Source of the DNA: Psychrobacter sp. HD31
Lineage (GTDB): Bacteria > Pseudomonadota > Gammaproteobacteria > Pseudomonadales > Moraxellaceae
Length of the DNA stretch: 32,000 nucleotides
NCBI RefSeq assembly: GCF_051097895.1
Contig: NZ_CP142525.1
Location: forward strand, 1,200,001-1,232,000
Direction of reading: 5' to 3'
This document shows positions 18,609-27,735 of the stretch, piece after piece. The stretch's first letter is position 1, and every line of letters starts with the position of its first letter. A program made the translations under genes and the position numbers. A model generated the notes under the pieces. That model was not told the DNA's origin. It worked only from the letters and a program-made list of their open reading frames with translations, and searched no databases.

Positions 18609-19292
18609 ATGGCGATTAAGGATTGGCACGAAGATGAACGCCCTCGTGAAAAACTACTAAAATTTGGCGCATCGCATTTAACGGATGCAGAAATTTTGGC
18701 AATTTTTTTACGCACTGGCACCAAACAACAATCAGCCATAGAACTCGCACGCTCATTAATTGACAATTTTGGTAGCCTTGCAGAGCTTGTTGCTGCCCCT
18801 AAAAAAACCGTACTTGCCTGCCATGGCATTGGTTTGGCTAAATATGCACAAATTCTTGCCAGCTTAGAAATGGGTAAACGGTATTTAGACAGCCAATTAA
18901 AAACAGGGACTGCCTTAACTCAATCACAACTGGTTAAAGATTATGTAACAACGCAATTAAGGCAAGAGTCTCGAGAGGTTTTTGCCGTACTTTGTTTGGA
19001 TAGCAACTTAAGGCTATTAGATTATGAAGTACTGTTTGTTGGCGGTATCGACAGCTGTGCGGTGTGCATTAAACAAACATTACGTCATGCTATCAGCCAT
19101 TGCGCTCGCCACATCATCGTGGCACATAACCACCCACAAAACCATGCCACCCCATCAACACAAGACCAAGAAATCACTCAGCAGCTCTCTAATGCTTGTT
19201 CTTTGGTTGATATCAATTTGCTAGATCACATTATTGTTGGACGAAATGATGTTTTATCTTTTGCAGAGAGCAAACAACCACCATTTGATTAA
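18609..19292 (+). CDS. radC: RadC-family JAB/MPN-domain protein
   Basis: 227 aa with an N-terminal HhH-like region and the JAMM motif HNHPQNHATPSTQD. It is divergent from coaBC, as in E. coli. Confidence 0.9.
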   Translation: MAIKDWHEDERPREKLLKFGASHLTDAEILAIFLRTGTKQQSAIELARSLIDNFGSLAELVAAPKKTVLACHGIGLAKYAQILASLEMGKRYLDSQLKTGTALTQSQLVKDYVTTQLRQESREVFAVLCLDSNLRLLDYEVLFVGGIDSCAVCIKQTLRHAISHCARHIIVAHNHPQNHATPSTQDQEITQQLSNACSLVDINLLDHIIVGRNDVLSFAESKQPPFD

Positions 19293-19541
19293 ACCTAACG
19301 TTAGCAATCATTTTGTTTATTCAAAGACTATTTAATTATCCACATAATTAATATTTAACTTAGCTTGCAAGCAAACACATCATTAGCATTTATTCTTGAA
19401 GTACTAGGTAACGGTAATGCTTATATTTCATAAAAATTATTAGTTTTATTATAAAGTTTTTAGTTGTGTTTATTAAAAATCGTTTGCAATACATAATGTT
19501 AGTACATTATTATAAAAAAATAATATGCAAAATATCACTTT

Positions 19542-19564
19542 AAGTTTGTATAAAATACAAACTT
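19542..19564. promoter_or_regulatory. Perfect 9-bp inverted repeat upstream of the symporter gene; candidate operator
   Basis: aagtttgta-taaaa-tacaaactt. A second inverted repeat, ataatgt-tagt-acattat, lies at 19493-19510. Both sit inside a 389-bp AT-rich intergenic region. Confidence 0.3.
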
Positions 19565-19681
19565 TATCCATTAGTTGTATCTCTTTAATCATTTAACTTA
19601 ACCTAATTTATTTCTTCAATAATATAGTCAAGATTAATTAAATAGATGCTACTAAAGTTCAATTATTTAGGAGGACGAACT

Positions 19682-21049
19682 ATGTGGAGCAAACTAGGAT
19701 TGACAGGCAAAATTATTGTTGCCATGGTGCTCAGTATTGCATTGGGATTATTCTTTAATATATCAGGCTTAAATGCTGATGGCGGCTTTATAAATACTTA
19801 TATCGTCGAAGGGTTATTTGGTATTATTGGTAGGCTATTTGTTAACTCGTTAAAAATGTTAGTTGTGCCTTTGGTACTTATTTCATTGATTTGTGGTGTT
19901 TGTGGTATTGGCGACATCCGACTGCTTGGACGTGTTGGTGGTAAAACCTTCGGTATTTACATGGTTACTACGGCTTTAGCAATTGCAACGGCTATTGGGC
20001 TTGGTTCTATATTTGGTATTGGTAAAGGGATGAACATCTCTTCTAAAGCTGCATTTGAAGCTAAAGAAGCACCGCCACTTGCCGAAGTATTTGCCAATAT
20101 CATTCCATCCAACCCGATTAGTGCGATGGCAAATGGTGACATGTTATCCATTATTTTCTTTGCCATTTTGATTGGTATTAGTATCTTGATGGTAGGTAAA
20201 CCTGCAAAAGGAATCGTTCAATCACTTGAAGTGGTAAATGAGATTATCCTAAAAATGGTTACCATCATCATGAACCTTGCACCATACGGTGTATTTGCTT
20301 TGCTTACCAAAGCAATGGCAAACCTTGGTCTTGACCTGATTGTACAACTACTTGGTTATGTTGCTGTGTTGGTCGGCTCTTTAGCATTCCACTACTTTGT
20401 AACCATGATGATTATCCTAAAAGTAACGTCCGGATTATCTATCAAAACTTTCCTTGCAAAAATGCGTGAAGTTCAAGTATTTGCATTTTCTACCTCTAGC
20501 TCAAATGCCACCATCCCGGTAACCTTGCGTACGGTTACCAAACGTATGGGGGTAAACAACTCGGTTGCTTCGTTTACAGTACCATTTGGTGCAACTATCA
20601 ATATGGATGGTACCGCTATTATGCAAGGTACTGCCACAATTTTTATTGCAAACCTATATGGAATCGATTTAGGTATTACTGAATATTTAACCGTTATCCT
20701 TATGTCGGTGCTTGCTTCAATCGGCACAGCTGGCGTACCTGGAGTTGGTTTGATTATGTTATCAATGGTTTTTGCTCAAGTTGGCTTACCAGTAGAAGGC
20801 ATTGGTCTAATTCTTGGGGTTGACCGCTTGTTAGACATGCTACGCACCGCAGTAAACGTTGGTGGCGATGCGGCAGTAACCACGATTGTTGCTAAAAGTG
20901 AAGACAAGCTTAATATAAATGTGTTTAACGACCCTGAAGCAGGATTGGAAGAGATGGAAGATGAACATATTGACCTTGAAGGTGAAAAGGAGTTCGCTAA
21001 CATTATGAACGATGATACACTTGGTAGTGAATATAATGATAAAAAGTAA
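19682..21049 (+). CDS. Dicarboxylate/amino acid:cation symporter (DAACS/SDF family, GltP/DctA-like)
   Basis: Polytopic membrane protein with family motifs (FSTSSSNATIPVT, AGVPGVGLIML, VDRLLDMLRTAVNVGGDA). I prefer ATG 19682, preceded by the RBS taggagga, over the ORF-track start at 19646. Confidence 0.9.
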   Translation: MWSKLGLTGKIIVAMVLSIALGLFFNISGLNADGGFINTYIVEGLFGIIGRLFVNSLKMLVVPLVLISLICGVCGIGDIRLLGRVGGKTFGIYMVTTALAIATAIGLGSIFGIGKGMNISSKAAFEAKEAPPLAEVFANIIPSNPISAMANGDMLSIIFFAILIGISILMVGKPAKGIVQSLEVVNEIILKMVTIIMNLAPYGVFALLTKAMANLGLDLIVQLLGYVAVLVGSLAFHYFVTMMIILKVTSGLSIKTFLAKMREVQVFAFSTSSSNATIPVTLRTVTKRMGVNNSVASFTVPFGATINMDGTAIMQGTATIFIANLYGIDLGITEYLTVILMSVLASIGTAGVPGVGLIMLSMVFAQVGLPVEGIGLILGVDRLLDMLRTAVNVGGDAAVTTIVAKSEDKLNINVFNDPEAGLEEMEDEHIDLEGEKEFANIMNDDTLGSEYNDKK

Positions 21050-21082
21050 AACGCTTATTTATCGTTAACCTTGTAATAAAAC

Positions 21083-21116
21083 AATCCCCCATACGCATTC
21101 GTATGGGGGATTTTTA
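21083..21116. terminator. Bidirectional rho-independent terminator between the convergent symporter and flavin reductase genes
   Basis: aatcccccatacg-catt-cgtatgggggatt followed by ttttt. The core stem is a perfect 11 bp, rich in G and C. Confidence 0.8.
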
Positions 21117-21140
21117 CAAACCTATTTATACAACTACATA

Positions 21141-22385
21141 TTACTGCTTGGCACGCAATCTACCAAATACGGCTTTGCCTTTTAAACGGTTTATGGTGTT
21201 AGCCAGCATATATTTTGCAAACACCTTTTTTGGCGATAATTGCGGATCAGGGGCTTGGTTGCGTGCCATGCGTTTAAATTGTTTGGCATACCAAATGATT
21301 TCCATAACACCGCCTCTATCAATTGCCCTAATGCCTGTTTTAATAGGTTTTACCTCATTGTCTAACGCATTGCCTGCAAGCCATTTGTTACAGGCATCGG
21401 GTTCAATCGCTAACGGTCGCCCCACCCCAATAAAGTCACAAGCATTTGATTGCAAGGCGTTATCCATGCCTTCACGTGTACGGAACCCCCCAGTTACCAT
21501 CAGCGGTATTGAGGTTTGCTCACGCACTTTAGCCGCAAAATCAATAAAGTAGGCTTCACGTTCTTTGGTACTTTGTTTCGCACCTGTCATTGCAGGTGCT
21601 TCATAGTTTCCACCAGAAATTTCAACAAAGTCTACACCCAGTTTTTCTAGCTCTTTAATCACAATTAAAGAGTCGCTTTCACTAAATCCGCCTCGTTGAA
21701 AGTCTGCCGAGTTAAGCTTAACGCTAAGGATAAAGTTATCCGTTGTTTTTGCTTGTATGGCTTTAACACTTTCCGTTAAAAAACGCATTCTGTTTTCAAT
21801 ACTACCGCCCCATTCATCGCTGCGGCGATTATGGTGGGGAGATAAAAACTCACTCACTAGATAGCCATGTGCACCATGAATTTGTACACCTTCAAAACCT
21901 GCCTTTTCACAAATACGGGCAGATTCTGCAAAGCGTTCAATTAAATTGTGAATCTCATCAGTTGTTAATGCACGCGGCGTAGGGAAAATTGCCTGCATGT
22001 CTTTGTGGAATGGCACGGCAGAAGGCGCCACAGTTTCTTCATTTAGTCCAGTCGGGCACTGCTTACCTGGGTGGCTTAACTGTACAATTGTAATCATGCC
22101 CTCGGCTTTACCAGTTGCCGCCCATTTTGCCAACATTGGCAAATCATGCTCATCTTCAACAACCACAACACCTGGTTCATTTTTAGCTCGCCAATCAATC
22201 ATCACATTACCAGTGATGGCACAACCAAGCCCACCTTCTGCCCATATGCGATAAAGATTAATCAAACCATCATTTACTTCGCCCGCCTCATTAGCAAGTG
22301 CTTCACTCATTGCACCTTTTGCAAAGCGATTTTTAAATACATGCCCACGTAAGCTGATTTGATTAGTAACATTGATAGAGTCCAT
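21141..22385 (-). CDS. NADH:flavin oxidoreductase, Old Yellow Enzyme family
   Basis: Contains the OYE TIM-barrel motifs HGAHGYLVSEFLSPHHNRRSDEWGGSIENRMRF. I prefer ATG 22385 (MDSINV...), which has a GAAGGA RBS. The ORF-track start at 22460 would overlap pdxJ. Confidence 0.88.
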   Translation of the reverse strand: MDSINVTNQISLRGHVFKNRFAKGAMSEALANEAGEVNDGLINLYRIWAEGGLGCAITGNVMIDWRAKNEPGVVVVEDEHDLPMLAKWAATGKAEGMITIVQLSHPGKQCPTGLNEETVAPSAVPFHKDMQAIFPTPRALTTDEIHNLIERFAESARICEKAGFEGVQIHGAHGYLVSEFLSPHHNRRSDEWGGSIENRMRFLTESVKAIQAKTTDNFILSVKLNSADFQRGGFSESDSLIVIKELEKLGVDFVEISGGNYEAPAMTGAKQSTKEREAYFIDFAAKVREQTSIPLMVTGGFRTREGMDNALQSNACDFIGVGRPLAIEPDACNKWLAGNALDNEVKPIKTGIRAIDRGGVMEIIWYAKQFKRMARNQAPDPQLSPKKVFAKYMLANTINRLKGKAVFGRLRAKQ

Positions 22386-22437
22386 TCTTATTCCTTCTTC
22401 CTTTGATTTATAAATTATTATATTGATAATTTTACAG

Positions 22438-23187
22438 TTATGATTGTCCAGCCATCGCATTTTTCATTGCAACAACCGCGTCTGACAGCCCCATAAACAA
22501 AGCATCAGCGATTAAAGCATGTCCAATGTTTAACTCATTGATGCCATCAATTTTTGCAATTTTATAGACGTTATCGCGCGTTAAACCATGCCCTGCGTTA
22601 ACCAGCAAATCATTATTGGTAGACTGCACATGTTTTACAGCAGCAATAATTCGATTTAATTCTTTTGCCTCAGCCTCTGAGTTATTTTCTAACCCTGCTT
22701 CTGCATACGCCCCAGTATGTATTTCAATAGCATCTGCATGTATACGAATAGCCGCATCAATTTGAGTCACATCTGGGTCAATAAATAAAGATACCTGACA
22801 CCCTGCCTCTTTTAAGCTAGTAACCACCTCTTCTATCCAAGGCTCTTGTCCCAAAACATCTAAGCCACCTTCGGTAGTCAGTTCTTGACGTTTTTCTGGC
22901 ACTAAGCAAACCCATTCTGGTTTTACATCACGTGCAATATCTAACATTTCAGAAGTTGCCGCCATTTCCAAGTTCATTGGTATCGTTATTTGTTCTTTAA
23001 TTTGATAGACATCAGCATCTTGTATGTGACGACGATCTTCTCGCAAATGTAGCGTAATACCTTCGGCACCTGCTTGCTCGCACTCAACTGCTGCCTTTAT
23101 TGGACTGGGATAGCCAACACCACGTGCTTGACGTAAGGTTGCAATATGGTCAATGTTTACACCAAGTTTTGGGGTGTTCATAGACAT
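22438..23187 (-). CDS. pdxJ: Pyridoxine 5'-phosphate synthase
   Basis: 249 aa with LGVNIDHIATLRQARG and a full-length PdxJ pattern. It is downstream of recO, as in E. coli. Confidence 0.95.
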   Translation of the reverse strand: MSMNTPKLGVNIDHIATLRQARGVGYPSPIKAAVECEQAGAEGITLHLREDRRHIQDADVYQIKEQITIPMNLEMAATSEMLDIARDVKPEWVCLVPEKRQELTTEGGLDVLGQEPWIEEVVTSLKEAGCQVSLFIDPDVTQIDAAIRIHADAIEIHTGAYAEAGLENNSEAEAKELNRIIAAVKHVQSTNNDLLVNAGHGLTRDNVYKIAKIDGINELNIGHALIADALFMGLSDAVVAMKNAMAGQS

Positions 23188-23289
23188 AAAAAACTTCTCT
23201 TTTACTATATTAGGGAGTCATTTTATCACAGTTTAGATTTGCATGATGATTAGCGTAAATAACTGCAAGGTTCACACTTGTTTTAAGAT

Positions 23290-24045
23290 TTAACGATAGC
23301 GAGCTTGCTGCTGCCAAAGCGCACGGCTTTGTAAAGGTTGGTAGTCAAATAAATGATCTATCATGAGTTTGTGCAAACCACTCCATACTTTTAAAGTATC
23401 GGCTTGAATCGCCTTATCATGATTTTTTAAGCTATAAACTTGCTCTTGGTGAGTTTGCAAATAATCGTCTATTTGTTGCAACCATTTGCCTAAAAATATA
23501 CTAGAAGCTGCAAATTCGGTAGGTTCTGATTTTTGCGCCGCAATATAATTAACAAAACCTTCGTCCGCAATAAATCGGTAGTCTTGTTCCTGTTTAATCG
23601 GCTCGCCTTGACTGTCTGTATCTAAGGTTATGGCATAACCGAGTTCAGTAAATAATGCCTGCTCAAAAAAACGCAATAACAACCTTAGCTGAACACCATT
23701 TAACGGTTCTCTCAAAGTTGTTAGGCTATGCTGATAGTTTTGCCACAAAACTGGCATCGCATCTTCACTTGCTAACAGCTTCCATAACAGTTCATTCAGA
23801 TAAAATCCTGCATACAAATTTTGTCCTGTGATGGCAACTTGAGGCGTTAATGGCTGAATTTGGGTAAAAGTTTTAAGACTGCGTTTGCCACTGGCAAACA
23901 ATTGAATATGCGCAAAAAGGGGCATGCCTTTTTTACCAACGCCGTGCACAACACCATGCGTTTGGGTAAAAAAGTAATATAAGGCACGGCTTTCTTTGTA
24001 CGGTTTGTGATGGAGCAAATAGCCTGTTAGGGGTTCGTTTCTCAT
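23290..24045 (-). CDS. recO: DNA repair protein RecO
   Basis: 251 aa. The N-terminal OB-fold-like region (GYLLHHKPYKESRALYYFFTQTHGVVHGV) and its position in the era-recO-pdxJ context support the call. Confidence 0.85.
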   Translation of the reverse strand: MRNEPLTGYLLHHKPYKESRALYYFFTQTHGVVHGVGKKGMPLFAHIQLFASGKRSLKTFTQIQPLTPQVAITGQNLYAGFYLNELLWKLLASEDAMPVLWQNYQHSLTTLREPLNGVQLRLLLRFFEQALFTELGYAITLDTDSQGEPIKQEQDYRFIADEGFVNYIAAQKSEPTEFAASSIFLGKWLQQIDDYLQTHQEQVYSLKNHDKAIQADTLKVWSGLHKLMIDHLFDYQPLQSRALWQQQARYR

Positions 24046-24840
24046 TTACGCCCCTTTTGGCTTGAGTGATTTAACACGATACCAATATTGATATTGCTCT
24101 TTAAAACCAATGCTATGGTATAAATTAAGTGCAATACGATTGTCTAAAATGACTTGTAAATAAGCAGTATGACAGCTGTTCTCTTTAGCATAACTGACTA
24201 AATGATACACTAGTTGCCGACCATACCCCTTCCCACGATATGACTGATCAATCGCAAGGTCAAATAATCCCATAAACCCATCTTCAATCACCCCCAAACC
24301 ACAGCCAATTCTTTGCTCATCTATGGTTAAAGTGACAAATGCCGTTGGTAAGGCAATAGAATGGAGGATATTAAAAAAACCTTGTCTTTTATCTGCAGAG
24401 TAGCCATTGAAAGTTAAAAAGTCGCTTAACCAAAGTTCATTACAATCAGTCTGTATATCAATTTCAACATTTTGTATTTTCTTTGCAATAACAAAACGCT
24501 CATCAAAATTATTTAAGCTGAGAGTTTGTACAGAGGTTAAACCCACAAACTGATAACCATACTCTGCCAGTAGACTATCTAAGTGGGTCGGATAAGTATG
24601 CTGGCTTAATTTATAAACTGTTGGTAAGTTATGAGCTTGGTAAACTTTTTCACAAAACTGAATTTTTTGTTCTACACTTGTGCTTGGAAACTCAGTAATT
24701 ACTGGTGGAAATATCGGATTAACTGAGTTGGCTCGTTTACTCACACCGTCGGATAGGCGAATAACCCAACCATCATAAAAAATCGTTTTTTGGCTTGGGC
24801 AAGCATTAAAAGAGAGTTGTTCAAATTGTTGAGTTAGCAT
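24046..24840 (-). CDS. GNAT-family N-acetyltransferase with an extra N-terminal domain
   Basis: 264 aa. The acetyl-CoA binding motif QSYRGKGYGRQLV and the C-terminal NRIALNLYHSIGF are present. Its stop codon directly abuts the recO start codon. Confidence 0.8.
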   Translation of the reverse strand: MLTQQFEQLSFNACPSQKTIFYDGWVIRLSDGVSKRANSVNPIFPPVITEFPSTSVEQKIQFCEKVYQAHNLPTVYKLSQHTYPTHLDSLLAEYGYQFVGLTSVQTLSLNNFDERFVIAKKIQNVEIDIQTDCNELWLSDFLTFNGYSADKRQGFFNILHSIALPTAFVTLTIDEQRIGCGLGVIEDGFMGLFDLAIDQSYRGKGYGRQLVYHLVSYAKENSCHTAYLQVILDNRIALNLYHSIGFKEQYQYWYRVKSLKPKGA

Positions 24841-24865
24841 TAAATCTCCAAACTAACGGCTCCAA

Positions 24866-25879
24866 TCAATAACCCAAACTAGTTAAAGCTCTGTCATCGT
24901 CCGACCAACCACGCTTAACCTTAACCCACAGCGTCAGCATCACTTTACGATCAAACATTTTTTCCATATCTTGACGAGCCTCAATACCCACTTGTTTGAT
25001 ACGCTTGCCTTTCTCACCAATCACAATCGCTTTTTGCCCTTTACGCTCAACAAAAATAGTGGCATCAATAAAGGTACACGCCTTGCGTTTTTTGCCTGTT
25101 TTTGGATCAGTATGCGCAGGCTCATCTCTAAACTCGTCAATTTGTACGGTCAAGTCATACGGTACTTCATCACCAGAGCTACGCATAATTTTTTCACGAA
25201 TCATTTCGCTTGCTAAAAATCGTTCAGAACGGTCGGTCATTTGCTCAACATCATAAATTGGCTCGCCGTTTGGCAAAAATTGCTCAATGACTTCTTCTAA
25301 ACGATCAAGATTTTGATTCTTTTGAGCAGAAACAGGAATGATATCAGCAAAATCAAAACTTTCATTAAACTCTTCAATCAGTGGTAATAATGCAGATTTA
25401 TCATCCATTGTATCAACCTTGTTGATGACTAATACAACAGGTAAATCCGTTTCGCCAAGCTTTTCTAGCGTTAGCAAATCATCTTCTCGCCATTGATCGC
25501 TATCTACCACAAACAACACCAAATCTACATCTACTAAAGTAGAAACAGCGGCTTTGTTCATACGTTCATTAATTGCTTTTACCTCTTTAGTGTGGATACC
25601 TGGGGTATCGGCAAATACCGCCTGCATACGCTCATTAGATAAAATGCCATGAATACGATGACGAGTGGTTTGCGGTTTTCGTGAGGTAATAGAAAGCTTT
25701 TGTCCTAATAGGTGGTTCATTAAGGTTGATTTACCAACATTAGGACGACCCACAATCGCCACATAGCCTGATTTAAAATGACGATAGTCAGGTTTTGTAT
25801 CGCCATTAAAAAATGCATCAATGGTTGATTGATTTTGTTCAGTCGAGTCTAAATCTTTATTTTGTTTTGATTCTGTCAT
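24866..25879 (-). CDS. era: GTPase Era
   Basis: 337 aa with G1 GRPNVGKST, G3 DTPG, G4 NKVD and a C-terminal KH domain. It has an N-terminal extension of roughly 30 aa compared with E. coli Era, as I recall that sequence. Confidence 0.95.
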   Translation of the reverse strand: MTESKQNKDLDSTEQNQSTIDAFFNGDTKPDYRHFKSGYVAIVGRPNVGKSTLMNHLLGQKLSITSRKPQTTRHRIHGILSNERMQAVFADTPGIHTKEVKAINERMNKAAVSTLVDVDLVLFVVDSDQWREDDLLTLEKLGETDLPVVLVINKVDTMDDKSALLPLIEEFNESFDFADIIPVSAQKNQNLDRLEEVIEQFLPNGEPIYDVEQMTDRSERFLASEMIREKIMRSSGDEVPYDLTVQIDEFRDEPAHTDPKTGKKRKACTFIDATIFVERKGQKAIVIGEKGKRIKQVGIEARQDMEKMFDRKVMLTLWVKVKRGWSDDDRALTSLGY

Positions 25880-25977
25880 AGTTAGGTATCATATAGGCTG
25901 AGCTTTTGCTCAGAGAATTAAAAAAAATTGGGTGAAAATAACTTATTTATTGTACTGTCATGCACCATAAGTATTTT

Positions 25978-26766
25978 TCACAATTTATGGCTTGCCACTG
26001 CCTTTGGTAATTTATTTAGCTGATTAATCATCAGTTCTGCTGATTTTTGCTCAGCAATCCTTCTGCTTTCACCAGATTGCATAATTTCAGGACAATCTTT
26101 CACTTTCACCTGACAGCTCACCACAAAAGTCTGATTGGGTGCATTACCAATGGTTTCTAATAGCTCATAATGTGGCAAATCTAACTGCTTGGCTTGAAGC
26201 CACTCTTGCAAGCGACTTTTAGCATCCTTCAGCATTTTTTGCTCACTTACACTGTTTATTAAATCGCCGTACCATGATAATACGCATGCTCTAACCACCT
26301 CAATATCGCCACTATCAAGGTATATTGCACCAATCAGTGATTCAACGGTATCTGCCAAAATTGAGGCTCTTTGTCTACCACCGCCTTTACGCTCACCAAC
26401 ACCAAGAATTAAGTAGTCAGACAGCTGAAGCGATTGCGCAATTTTAACCAACGACTCTTGACGAACCAAGGTAGCACGCATGCGCGTTAGTTGCCCTTCT
26501 TGATGTTCAGGGTAACGCTGATACAAGGCTTCGCCAATAATCATACCCAATAAAGCATCGCCTAAAAACTCCAAACGCTCGTAGTTTGTTTTACTATTAA
26601 ACGAACGGTGCGTTAAGGCAAGTTGAGGTAAATTAACGTCTTTAAAGGTATAGCCCAAGCTATTACCTAAAACCTGTAACTGACGCACAAGCTTTAATGA
26701 CAGTTTAACTGATTTGTTAACTGCTCTGGGTTTACGATTGGTTTCTGTTTCAATTGGTTTATTCAA
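25978..26766 (-). CDS. rnc: Ribonuclease III
   Basis: Contains the RNase III signature ERLEFLGDALLG and a C-terminal dsRBD. There is no ATG near the 5' end. The ORF-track start is a TTG at 26766, and an in-frame GTG (VRQLQVLG...) would give a length closer to E. coli RNase III. The start is therefore uncertain. Confidence 0.9.
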   Translation of the reverse strand: MNKPIETETNRKPRAVNKSVKLSLKLVRQLQVLGNSLGYTFKDVNLPQLALTHRSFNSKTNYERLEFLGDALLGMIIGEALYQRYPEHQEGQLTRMRATLVRQESLVKIAQSLQLSDYLILGVGERKGGGRQRASILADTVESLIGAIYLDSGDIEVVRACVLSWYGDLINSVSEQKMLKDAKSRLQEWLQAKQLDLPHYELLETIGNAPNQTFVVSCQVKVKDCPEIMQSGESRRIAEQKSAELMINQLNKLPKAVASHKL

Positions 26767-26809
26767 AATGTTGCCTACATTCTACAAAATTCTGTTAGTT
26801 TATGATGGG

Positions 26810-27718
26810 TTAGTCGATGCTGCCATTTCTGCTAAAGCTTGGCATTTTTAGTCCAGCTTCTTTATGCATCCAAATATAGCTGGCTTTACCTGCTAAATTT
26901 TTATCTGGCACAAAACCCCAAAACCGCCCATCTTTACTGCTATCACGGTTGTCACCCATCACAAAATATTGTTCTTCTGGTACTTTAATTTGCCATTGCT
27001 TACCTTCGGTTGCTACGACACTTGGTGAGTGCTCACGCAAAAAAGTCGCATCAAGTCTCGCTGCGCTTTCAAAACCGTCAATATCACGGATAAGATGGGT
27101 ATGTTCCCCTATTTTTTCTTTTGAATAGCTAACCAAACTTTCTTCATATTGGCTTAATTTTATGGCTTGTTGCTCGTTAAGTGTTTCATTATTAATTTCT
27201 ATCCCTTCAGGATACAAGCCATTCACCAGTGCTTCATTGGCGGTAAAGTCAACTTGTTCTGTTGGCATTGCCTCACCATTGATTGATAACACCCCATTAT
27301 CATAGCTTACTGTATCCCCTGGCAAACCAATCACTCGTTTAATATAGTATTGTTTGGGATTTTCAGGAAAACGAAATACCGCCACATCACCATGCTGTGG
27401 ACTACCTGTATCTAAAACTTTGGTGTTAAGTAAAGGCAAACGCAAGCCATAAGCGGTTTTATTTACCGTAATAAAGTCACCGGTATACAGTGTTGGTACC
27501 ATAGACGATGACGGGATGTTAAATGGTTCAACAATAAATGAACGAACAATAAGCACCACCATCAAAATGGGGAAGAAATCATAAGCTTGGCGCACAGTAA
27601 AAGATTCTTGCCCTTTCCCACGTTGTTTACGCTGACGTAAAATAAATTTATCAGCCAGCCAAATCGCCCCTAATATTAAGGTTAATGGTACTAAAATTAA
27701 ATTAAAATCAAAATCCAT
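26810..27718 (-). CDS. lepB: Signal peptidase I
   Basis: 302 aa with the catalytic Ser motif SSSMVPTL, the Lys box YIKRVIGLPGD, and GDNRDSSKDGRFWGFV. Confidence 0.95.
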   Translation of the reverse strand: MDFDFNLILVPLTLILGAIWLADKFILRQRKQRGKGQESFTVRQAYDFFPILMVVLIVRSFIVEPFNIPSSSMVPTLYTGDFITVNKTAYGLRLPLLNTKVLDTGSPQHGDVAVFRFPENPKQYYIKRVIGLPGDTVSYDNGVLSINGEAMPTEQVDFTANEALVNGLYPEGIEINNETLNEQQAIKLSQYEESLVSYSKEKIGEHTHLIRDIDGFESAARLDATFLREHSPSVVATEGKQWQIKVPEEQYFVMGDNRDSSKDGRFWGFVPDKNLAGKASYIWMHKEAGLKMPSFSRNGSID

Positions 27719-27735
27719 GAAGGTACCTTATCCTA

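Noticed and set aside
25898-25913. There is a perfect 6-bp hairpin, ctgagc-tttt-gctcag, between rnc and era.
   Set aside because: The stem is short and has no downstream T-run on the transcribed (minus) strand. It cannot be called a terminator or an RNase III autoregulatory site from sequence alone.
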